Shown in pieces: positions 58,301 through 64,000 of a DNA stretch of 64,000 nucleotides. Below the pieces are notes generated by a model. The model had not been told where the DNA came from. It searched no databases and worked only from the letters and a program-made list of their open reading frames with translations. Origin of the DNA: Perna viridis (taxonomy: Eukaryota); the NCBI GenBank assembly GCA_037379345.1, contig CM074522.1, positions 5,828,001 through 5,892,000 on the forward strand. The letters run 5' to 3'. Made by a program: the position numbers and the translations under genes. Each line of letters starts with the position of its first letter. Positions within the stretch are counted from its first letter, which is position 1.

Positions 58301-61300
58301 GTTCCACTAAGCTTGACAGAGTTAAAATGCTTGATCTATTTAAGTGGCAGTCTTTGTAAGAATCATGCAAAATCTGAAAAATGTGATACACCCCAAAAAA
58401 GGCTACATATTTTTATTTTTGTAATTCAGTTGTTTTATGGGTCTATACTATGAAATGTGTAATTATTTATTCAAATCTGCCTGCGCTTAGGAGATAATCG
58501 CACTGAAAATCCAGTAGATTCTATTGTATTTGAGTGCGATTTACAGAGTTATCTCCCTTAATTTTGAGATCTACAGTGCATTCTATATAATTTTTATCTC
58601 CTAAGAGCATGGGTTATATGAAAATCCACATGTTAATTTCTGTTTACTATGACATTTCAAACAGAATATCAAAAATAAAAATATGTAGGCTTTTTACCCA
58701 TGAATCACATTTTGCATGATCCTTAGCTGGAGTGCTACTTAAAATGTAAATAATAGCAGAAAAAAATGTATATTAGGTTTCTTTAAAAAAGTTATTGGCT
58801 GGAAATAGTTCATTTAAAATTATAACATAACTGTATCATGTTGTTTAGTAAGAAAAGAGTGGTTGGAAAAACAAGCTTTATCCGGCATGGAAATCTATGA
58901 TAGATCCAACATACAAGAAAACGAACAATTCTCATCTGTTTCATTAAATGAACAAAGTAGATTTCACTTTTTATGACAATCTGCTTGTATAATACATGTA
59001 GGAAGGTTAGGGGTCAATTGTGTTTTGAAATTAAGTACCTTTTTTTGACTGTCAGTTAAGTTTCATTATCCTATGCAGTAAATGTATTCATTTTTGCAGT
59101 GGACAGAAAAATGCAAATAGTGGTCCCCCACAAAATTTATTATTAACACTATAACAATTTTTTTAAAATGCAAAATATTGGTACCTGCAAATATGTTCAC
59201 TTGACAGAATTCACGAAAAATTACTACGTTTACAGTGCCTTTATAGCCAACCATAAGGGAATGTCAGTTCCATATAGAGCATATGTTTATTCACTTCCAG
59301 TCCAAACCTAAGCTAAAATTAGATATAGATATTTTACTTTAACCACTGAAAATTTTATTTATGCAGATTGTTCAGTATCATCGGACCTTGAGTCGTTACC
59401 AAGCACTCTGATGAGGTGTTATATCTCCTCTGACTGTAAATCTGTACAGTGTTGTCATGAGGTAAATCTACTTGCTACTCCTATGGAGACAGAGCTGACC
59501 ATGGATCCATGTAACTTTGAACTGAAAGTCAGAATAGAAAAACTGGAATTCAAAGTACCATTCTATGAATTTGACTGGGGTGAGTTGAGTTGTTCTAAGA
59601 CTGTAATTGAATATAAATGAAACCTTTGTGATCCATGTTTAGAACTATAATCTGAAACTGAAGAAAAATGACATAGGAACCACTTTTGATAACTGAAATA
59701 AGATGTTTTATTGCTGTCAAGTACTTAATGGTTCTTTATTTTAAAGGTATTTGACAAAAAATGTTTTTCAAGTAAATTGCACTGGTTGTAATTACAGAAA
59801 AAAAAGGAATTTGGTTCTTTTCTTTGGAGTGCAATCACCATGTTAACAAACATGGTCTTTTTGAAACTTAATCATATACATTTATATTCTGAATATATGG
59901 ATGCAAGCTTGTTAACTTAAGTGATACTTTACAATTGATTCTGTTTATAGGTGTTAAGAAGAGCATTGATTTGTTTGGAATACTTCAAATGGAGTAAGTA
60001 GAAGTTACAGGTTAAGTATAGTTTGTGCAGTGTTGCCTCCTACCCTTACCCTTGTCCATAAAATAAGCTTTTTGCTACAAAAAATGCACCTTGCTTTTTT
60101 TTTTTTTTACAGTTTGTACCCTTTGGTCTTCCCTACCTTGTTTTGTACAGTTTGTACCCTTTGGTCTTCCCTACTTTGTTTTTTTTCAGTTTGTACTCTT
60201 TGGTTTTCCCTACCTTGTTTTGTACAGTTTGTACCCTTTGGTTTTCCCTACCTTGTTTTGTACAGTTTGTACCCTTTTGGTTTTCCCTACCTTGTTTTGT
60301 GCAGTTTGTACCCTTTGGTTTTCCCTACCTTGTTTTGTACAGTTTGTACCCTTTGGTCTTCCCTCCTTTGTTTTGTCCCTTCTTAGTACCTTCTGTATTG
60401 CTCCCTCATTTCTTCTGACTTTTGTGACTGGTATTTAGACAGAACCATTCTTAAAAGTATGAACATCCCAAAATTAAAAAAAAATGTTCTCTTCTTCACA
60501 GTTTCTAATCCAATTGTTTTATTGAAGTCTTTGATACTTATGCAAATACTTTTTCTGTGGTTTTTAGCAGATGAACCTAGGATATCAAATTTACACATGT
60601 TTTACCTTTCCATCATATTTTTTTTTGTTTCCAATGGTATCTCACAAATGACATTAACAAATAATGACTTGATAATTAATTTCAGCTTCATTGCCGAGAA
60701 CCTGTATCTATCTAAAGAATTCCTGGTTTCCATGAATTTGACGTTGAGCTATGAAGCAGCAGGACCAGTCCATTCTAAAACGGTTGTCATGGATAAGGTT
60801 CTGTTACCAAAGAAATCATGTGATTGGAGTTCTGACTTCCATGTTACAAGTGAGTTAAATAAATACATAAAAAAGTTTTTTTCAGTCAGCATGGTTAAGA
60901 AGCAATATATAAAGTGAGTTATTGGTTCTTGAAATTGTGGTTATATTTATTAAATTTAGGGATTATTGTATGTATTTATTATCAAATTTGTCCTTCTAGT
61001 CCATATTGTGACTAATTTTGTTGGTTCAGTACTTGTTAAAATTCCATATTGTTAGCTTTATTTTTGCAATTATATATATTTCCCTCTTGCACATTTGGAA
61101 AAAATAAAAGAGTTGTGTTAGTTATTCAAGCCCTTCCATTTCTGACCCACATATTTACAATGATTTGACCATTGCTAATCCTAATATCCATGGACTTTAT
61201 TTTTGTGTATCTTAAACATTTGTTTATTCAAAGGTTTCTCATACAACACCTGGGCCATACAGAGGAGCCACTCTCCTAGTGTAGCTCTGACTGAGCCCCT

Positions 61301-64000
61301 CCTGCTACAGTTTATGGAAGACACCAATCTGGCACCATTTATGAAGGATGTTATGTGTAATCAGACAGGTAGTCCATACAATGGTGAATCTTGGACACAA
61401 GGTATGACTTGCTTGACTTATTTCACTTTGTCCCATGGGGACATAGGGTGACCACAGCTTCTCTGCACTTCTTCCTGTCTTTTGCCAACATCTTTACTTC
61501 TCCTCAGAGGTCTCCCCAATCCTCAGAACTCAGATGTTTTCCAGGTGTTTTTTTGGTCGCCCCCTCTTTCTGTGGACATAAGGTATGGCAGTGATTAAAT
61601 TTCTCAGAAGAGTGCATGTAGTTTACTTTAAAATTTGCCACAATTTTTTTTTCAACTAATTGCTTACTTGAGGCCTATCTCCTTTAATGGTTAAAAAAAG
61701 AAAATTGCTCAGAAAATTAAGATCTAGTTTGATTGTTTACATATTTCTGCTTTATGCTCTTGACATGTATTCAAAACTAGTACATTTTTAGCTTACCTGG
61801 CCTGAAGGCTTTACTGCCCTTGAAAGTAAAATGAAATAGTCATTCTTTGCATATTTTTTCTTACATTTTAAGAACCACAGCTGATAGGGAAAAGGTTTCA
61901 ATTACTGGAATATTCTTTTATTCCTGCATAATCACTACTACACTAACTCTAAGAAAGATATTCTATTTTTCCATTTCAGATTGTGCTGCAAACATCAGCT
62001 TACCCTCCCTGGACAGCAAAGTGAACTGCCACATTACTAACATGTGTTCTGGGGTGCAGTGTTGTATTCAGAATGATATCATGCAGCGTACTCTGGAGTT
62101 CTCCCTTGAACTGGATCCCTGTGAGAAGGCTCTCAGTATCAGTATAGAAAACACTCGCTACAACAGGACTTTGGATAGTACCTTTGTATATGGTAAGTTC
62201 TTTGTTGTTTTTATACATTTCTGTTTCTCTTTTTTTTTTTGGTCAAGTTTAATTGTGAATTGTAATATGTGCTGTTTTTTTTTTTGGAAATTTTAAAACT
62301 TTGTGCAATATATTTCAATATCCTCTTTGCTTATGGGAAGTAAAACTTATTTTTCAGGTGATGACCACTACTACAACTTACAGGGAATTGTTCGTATCAG
62401 GTAAGGTATTTTGTAATTTTGTATTTTTGAAATTGATGATTTTCAAATATTTTTGCAAGTATTTTGAGCTCATGTTAAGCAGAAAGTTACCTTATTGTTA
62501 GAACTATTAAAATGTGCATATTAGCAGGTACTTATTTTCATCAATAATAAGTGGGAAATTTGTGAAAATAAAAACACTGCGAAAACAATTTAATTGAAAT
62601 TAGCCCTATCAATTGTTCCATTCAGTCACTGCATGTCACAATGTGACTGTATGGAACAATTAATAACTCTAATTTTATTTAGATTGACCGCAAAAAAAAT
62701 TTATTACATCATGTACTTGTATTAAAGATGGAAGTTTCATCTGTTTTGATTTTACATAGTACTGTACACTGATTTTTTTTATGCTAAGTATAGTTATACT
62801 TTTGTTCTTGTTTTGCAAACCCCAGTCTTCAGTGATATGTATTTATGTTTGCTCTTAGTTTCTGCTACCAGGAAACATGTATATCAGCGAAGTTGAAATT
62901 AGAACAAACTCATGAAATAGAAATATACCATTACCTTTAAAATGATCATAGTACTTAAAATAATTGTTTTGGTTTTTTTTAGGTACAACATAGACAACCT
63001 GTATTATGACAGATTCTACCTTGTTAATGTTGTTGCCTTGTTCTGCTACGAGTCAACTGGAGTACAGTGTGCACCAGACAATACATTTACTATCCTGGAG
63101 AATGCCATGTTTCCCAAGAAAATCTGTGGATGGAATGAAGGCTACAGGATCACTAGTATGTTAAAATGAACAAGAATTTTTCTATAAGGGCAATGAGTAA
63201 TACCAGGCAGTAGCAGGTCCAGATGTGGGCAGGGGTTTAGGGCACAGGTTTAAAGAAGATTGACACACCCCTTTTTGTTGGAAAATTTTGGTAATTTTGT
63301 GCAAAATCAGGGCAAAAATTAGCAGGTAATGGCTAGGAACCCCATTCCAAGTCTTTGATCTAAACCTGCAAAATCATATTTTATGAGTCACTCATCCTTT
63401 TTTAAACCAAAAACATAAAAATAAGAACATTTTGATACAGATATGTCATTTTCATTTTTCAGATTTCTCAAGGTCAGCTTGGTATACAGACAATGGACTA
63501 CAACAAGGAGCTGTCCTGCCTGACTGGGCAGCTTCCTCCTTCCTCAATGACCTTCACCTTGCTGCTTACCTGCAGACCACACAATGTGGGCAGACATCAC
63601 TTATCTATAACAGTGGATGGAATATAGGTGAGAATTTATGAATTATGAAGAAATGAAAATAGATTTTTTCCTCAAAAAGAATTTTTCAAAGGATATATTT
63701 ATATATATGGAAACCTCATGGTGCAATCAGTATTCACAGAGAGTGGAAAAAAATACATTTTAACCATTTAAGGAAATTCAGATTTTGTTTAAGCTAAAAC
63801 AGGGTACTTTGTCATTCTTAATTCATCTAAGTCCATGACAATTTCTTTTTACCAGCATGCATTAAATCAGTTGATTTACCTGACATTCCATCACCAACCA
63901 AGTGCCATCTGACAGCAGGATGCACTGCAGTGGAATGTTGTACGGAGATTGACTTCCTGTCACGCTCATTCAAGACCTACTTCCATATTGACCCATGCAC
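83..64000 (+). CDS. Internal part of a giant multi-exon gene (97 exons in window, ~16.7 kb CDS, ~5,580 aa) encoding a probably extracellular protein of tandem ~200-aa, 10-Cys repeats; open at both ends
   Basis: All exons are bounded by AG/GT. Exon lengths mod 3 fit a constant phase scheme (A and D = 0, B = 1, C = 2, fused exons additive), and I found no in-frame stop. Recurring motifs: CxxxxxCxxxxCC...DPC...GIE, then LPKxxCxW, then FSL...C...GW. There are many NxS/T sequons. Confidence 0.92.
170..490 (+). repeat. 107-bp tandem triplication covering the 3' end of the first exon and its donor site
   Basis: Near-identical units start at 170, 277 and 384. Each contains CAGATA|GTAAGT. Confidence 0.92.
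2162..4164 (+). CDS. Repeat 1 (divergent; module D split and lacks its Cys)
   Basis: Exons A 2162-2413, B 2699-2741, C 3088-3242, D 3726-3817 plus 4119-4164 ([15 protein letters not shown]). Confidence 0.82.
3990..4105 (+). repeat. Diverged copy of short interspersed repeat family X
   Basis: TGTCTGGTCTTTGTCCCTGGGTTACATTCTTTTG...CTTGGTTCCCTTGATTACTCTTT matches the copies at 38272, 44835, 49578 and 53057. The left boundary is approximate. Confidence 0.75.
4497..5303. mobile_element. Non-autonomous TTAA-targeting DNA transposon (Kolobok-like), ~800 bp
   Basis: TTAA-AGGGAAAGGC at the left end and GTCTTCTCCT-TTAA at the right end give an imperfect TIR with AGG termini. The interior is richer in CpG than the flanking intron. 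Confidence 0.6.
5461..7526 (+). CDS. Repeat 2
   Basis: Exons A 5461-5715, B 6014-6071 (58 nt), C 6498-6673, D 7353-7526. Confidence 0.88.
7015..7204. mobile_element. Short MITE-like element
   Basis: Inverted termini ACTGTGAAAGAACT ... AGTACTTTCACAGT. Confidence 0.5.
7864..9365 (+). CDS. Repeat 3
   Basis: Exons A 7864-8091, B 8317-8359, C 8593-8759, D 9183-9365. Confidence 0.9.
10110..11970 (+). CDS. Repeat 4
   Basis: Exons A 10110-10328, B 10871-10913, C 11059-11234, D 11797-11970. Confidence 0.9.
12347..14212 (+). CDS. Repeat 5
   Basis: Exons A 12347-12562, B 12897-12939, C 13316-13473, D 14045-14212. Confidence 0.9.
14563..16127 (+). CDS. Repeat 6 (A+B fused)
   Basis: Exons AB 14563-14827, C 15071-15234, D 15954-16127. 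Confidence 0.9.
16910..17043. mobile_element. Foldback (palindromic) MITE
   Basis: The left arm CAGGTGTCAATTTCACAAAAAGTCGTA...GATCGTAAGTAATGATGTCACAA is inverted in TTGTGACGTCATAACTAACGATC...TACAACTTTCTGTGAAATGTACACCTG. Confidence 0.7.
17185..18742 (+). CDS. Repeat 7 (C+D fused)
   Basis: Exons A 17185-17400, B 18080-18122, CD 18402-18742. Confidence 0.9.
19060..19320 (+). repeat. Tandem triplication (~92-97 bp) of a splice acceptor plus exon start
   Basis: Three copies of a pyrimidine tract followed by CAG|AATGCC(C/A)ACACCCCATTGG, with AG at 19080-81, 19177-78 and 19269-70. Confidence 0.88.
19271..21597 (+). CDS. Repeat 8
   Basis: Exons A 19271-19495, B 19913-19955, C 20434-20594 (lacks its Cys pair), D 21424-21597. 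Confidence 0.88.
21800..23408 (+). CDS. Repeat 9
   Basis: Exons A 21800-22012, B 22416-22458, C 22758-22921, D 23238-23408. Confidence 0.9.
23656..25267 (+). CDS. Repeat 10
   Basis: Exons A 23656-23865, B 24267-24309, C 24449-24612, D 25094-25267. Confidence 0.9.
24916..25087 (+). repeat. ~85-bp intronic tandem duplication just upstream of the acceptor at 25093
   Basis: CATTCATTGTTAGCAGATTTGGTTGCTGTCAGATAT...GGGGGTTTCTAGCATGACAAATTAT.TAACTTCATGTT occurs twice. Confidence 0.88.
25613..27993 (+). CDS. Repeat 11 (A+B fused)
   Basis: Exons AB 25613-25865, C 27127-27305, D 27811-27993. Confidence 0.9.
26070..27000. mobile_element. Probable unclassified transposon-derived insertion
   Basis: This B-C intron is unusually long (1.26 kb) and CpG-rich. 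I found no clear TIR or TSD, so the boundaries are approximate. Confidence 0.3.
28226..29517 (+). CDS. Repeat 12 (A+B fused)
   Basis: Exons AB 28226-28481, C 28900-29063, D 29341-29517. Confidence 0.9.
29151..29236 (+). mobile_element. 3' end remnant of an RTE-clade LINE
   Basis: Translates [26 protein letters not shown], resembling the RTE ORF C-terminus (AQNRxxWxxxVxAL). Confidence 0.55.
29831..29945. mobile_element. Tiny TTAA-flanked MITE (~115 bp)
   Basis: Inverted termini TTAA-AGACAATAACAGTGCCAC ... GTGGCACTGAGAGTGTTGTCT-TTAA. Confidence 0.6.
30150..31954 (+). CDS. Repeat 13 (A+B fused)
   Basis: Exons AB 30150-30402, C 30758-30921 (weak AAG acceptor), D 31775-31954. Confidence 0.88.
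31250..31298 (+). repeat. Compound microsatellite poly-C / poly-A / (GA)n
   Basis: Read directly from the sequence. Confidence 0.9.
32444..35448 (+). CDS. Repeats 14 and 15 (A+B fused; D14+A15+B15 in one exon)
   Basis: Exons AB 32444-32696, C 33168-33331, DAB 33673-34111, C 34397-34560, D 35281-35448. Confidence 0.9.
34611..35016 (+). mobile_element. TTAA-flanked MITE, ~400 bp (family Y, copy 1)
   Basis: Termini TTAA-GTAGC ... GCTAC-TTAA with subterminal inverted AGAATCATGCAAAAT. It is the reverse-complement homologue of 58340-58742. Confidence 0.85.
35886..37557 (+). CDS. Repeat 16 (A+B fused)
   Basis: Exons AB 35886-36141, C 36841-37004, D 37381-37557. Confidence 0.9.
37963..40538 (+). 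CDS. Repeat 17 (A+B fused)
   Basis: Exons AB 37963-38215, C 39050-39213, D 40365-40538. Confidence 0.9.
38272..38478 (+). repeat. Short interspersed repeat family X
   Basis: AAGCAGAGGACGCTTACCC...GGTGCACCTGGTCCATG...TGTCCCTGGATTACATTCTTTTGATTAC...TACTCTTTC. Confidence 0.85.
40727..42020 (-). mobile_element. Internally deleted Mutator-like (MULE) DNA transposon, 1294 bp
   Basis: ~32-bp TIRs with GGT termini, including a 26-bp perfect core ATCCTGGTTTGCATACATTTAATTAC (40733-40758 and 41989-42014). 8-bp TSD AACTGCCT at 40719-40726 and 42021-42028. A transposase remnant lies inside. Confidence 0.9.
41201..41665 (-). pseudogene. C-terminal fragment of a MULE-type transposase with one internal stop
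   Basis: Reads [18 protein letters not shown]...YVTEHWVE...[39 protein letters not shown]...[12 protein letters not shown]. The RTxNxxEGWH / HPNI motif is typical of MULE transposases. The TGA stop is at 41429-41431. Confidence 0.85.
42223..43300 (+). CDS. Repeat 18 (A+B fused and C+D fused)
   Basis: Exons AB 42223-42478, CD 42954-43300. Confidence 0.9.
42657..42769 (+). repeat. Degenerate 26-27 bp minisatellite (~4 copies)
   Basis: Units approximate ATCAAGGTTAACCAAGGTCAANTGTN. Confidence 0.8.
43566..45673 (+). CDS. Repeat 19 (A+B fused)
   Basis: Exons AB 43566-43821, C 44183-44346, D 45503-45673. Confidence 0.9.
44622..44778. mobile_element. Near-perfect foldback MITE (~75-bp arms)
   Basis: TAAGAATTGGCTATGA...TTATTGCAC, loop ttcgcttc, GTGCAATGA...TCATAGCCTATTCTTA. 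Both ends are TA. Confidence 0.85.
44835..45085 (-). repeat. Short interspersed repeat family X (longest copy)
   Basis: Reverse complement of the 38272 copy. The distal boundary is approximate. Confidence 0.82.
46024..47571 (+). CDS. Repeat 20
   Basis: Exons A 46024-46239, B 46532-46574, C 46939-47102, D 47407-47571. Confidence 0.9.
48238..50029 (+). CDS. Repeat 21 (A+B fused)
   Basis: Exons AB 48238-48493, C 48752-48921, D 49856-50029. Confidence 0.9.
49578..49754 (-). repeat. Short interspersed repeat family X
   Basis: GAGTAATCAAGGGAAC...CTGGGAGCATGGACCAGGTGCAC. Confidence 0.85.
50173..50336 (+). repeat. 24-bp minisatellite, ~7 copies
   Basis: Head-to-tail units of TGACATTGTATCAAATAGTTTCTG, one with a 2-bp deletion. 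Confidence 0.92.
50579..51965 (+). CDS. Repeat 22 (B+C fused)
   Basis: Exons A 50579-50788, BC 51243-51449 (43+164 nt), D 51804-51965. Confidence 0.88.
52263..54219 (+). CDS. Repeat 23
   Basis: Exons A 52263-52475, B 52698-52740, C 53367-53533, D 54049-54219. Confidence 0.9.
53057..53273 (-). repeat. Short interspersed repeat family X
   Basis: GAAAGAGTAATCAAGGGAACCAAGG...GGGTAAGCGTCCTCTGCTTTTCTAGAA. Confidence 0.85.
54677..55994 (+). CDS. Repeat 24 (C+D fused)
   Basis: Exons A 54677-54892, B 55249-55291, CD 55675-55994. Confidence 0.9.
55322..55545 (+). mobile_element. Degenerate Helentron-associated (HINE/DINE-1-like) fragment
   Basis: A T-run is followed by a short stem (TGTCCCC...GGGACA) and a GTCCGTCC micro-repeat. 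Similar layouts occur at ~20606 and ~46725. The family assignment is from recalled architecture. Confidence 0.4.
56297..58244 (+). CDS. Repeat 25
   Basis: Exons A 56297-56506, B 57005-57047, C 57693-57856, D 58071-58244. Confidence 0.9.
56551..56736. mobile_element. MITE-like element with CACAGGCAAA termini
   Basis: CACAGGCAAAATAT ... ATATTTGCCTGTG, with internal TTCACATGA/TCATGTGAA repeats. Confidence 0.55.
58340..58742 (-). mobile_element. TTAA-flanked MITE, ~400 bp (family Y, copy 2, inverted)
   Basis: TTAA-GTGGCAG...AGAATCATGCAAAAT ... ATTTTGCATGATCCTTAGCTGGAGTGCTAC-TTAA. It is colinear with the reverse complement of 34611-35016. Confidence 0.85.
59367..61401 (+). CDS. Repeat 26
   Basis: Exons A 59367-59579, B 59951-59993, C 60686-60849 (lacks its Cys pair), D 61234-61401. 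Confidence 0.9.
60108..60377 (+). repeat. 38-bp pyrimidine-rich minisatellite, ~7 copies
   Basis: Head-to-tail units of TACAGTTTGTACCCTTTGGTYTTCCCTACCTTGTTTTG. Confidence 0.92.
61406..61575 (-). mobile_element. 3' end remnant of an RTE-clade LINE
   Basis: The minus strand gives KRGRPKNTW... and ...[20 protein letters not shown], followed by a short TAAGTCAAGCAAGT tail. Confidence 0.6.
61980..63627 (+). CDS. Repeat 27
   Basis: Exons A 61980-62192, B 62358-62400, C 62983-63155, D 63463-63627. Confidence 0.9.
63856..64000 (+). CDS. Repeat 28 module A, cut off by the window edge
   Basis: After ttttaccAG the frame reads [48 protein letters not shown]. Confidence 0.88.

Noticed and set aside
60030-60438. 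Three overlapping hydrophobic ORFs, or a CRISPR-like array
   Set aside because: All arise from a stop-poor 38-bp minisatellite with no spacers.
2197-62218. Minus-strand ORFs overlapping exons (for example 7887, 23627, 25554, 42119, 42987, 55675)
   Set aside because: They are antisense shadows of the more GC-rich coding exons, with no coherent protein features or splice structure.
83-64000. A tandem cluster of many separate small Cys-rich genes (for example defensin- or toxin-like)
   Set aside because: There are no start codons with signal peptides, stops or intergenic gaps between repeats. Phases chain continuously, and D14-A15 lie within one exon.
83-64000. Assigning a known gene name (mucin, VWF/hemolectin, SCO-spondin, apolipophorin, Dscam)
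   Set aside because: I see no PTS tracts or VWD, TIL, VWC, Ig or FN3 signatures in this window. Identity may depend on domains outside it.

Overview
This is AT-rich animal genomic DNA with spliceosomal GT-AG introns. The intronic repeats look bivalve-like, which is an inference only. The whole window lies inside one giant + strand gene, with neither its start nor its stop visible. By hand I traced 97 exons from 83 to beyond 64000 that splice into one open frame of about 16.7 kb (about 5,580 aa). The protein is a tandem array of 27 complete and 2 partial copies of a diverged ~200-aa repeat with 10 Cys, which I do not recognise. Each repeat is normally four exons: A (~210-255 nt, 6 Cys, phase 1-1), B (43-nt micro-exon, phase 1-2), C (~164 nt, 3 Cys, phase 2-1) and D (~170 nt, 1 Cys, GW motif, phase 1-1). 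Cysteines are only ever lost in pairs, which points to three disulfides and suggests the folded unit is D-A-B-C. Introns have been precisely lost in specific repeats, and one repeat carries a SAP-like motif. The introns hold an internally deleted MULE transposon (TIRs, 8-bp TSD, transposase remnant), TTAA-flanked non-autonomous elements, foldback MITEs, a short interspersed repeat family, RTE LINE 3' ends, minisatellites and tandemly duplicated splice sites. Most ORF-track entries are exon fragments running into introns, antisense shadows or repeat artefacts. All coordinates were read by eye.
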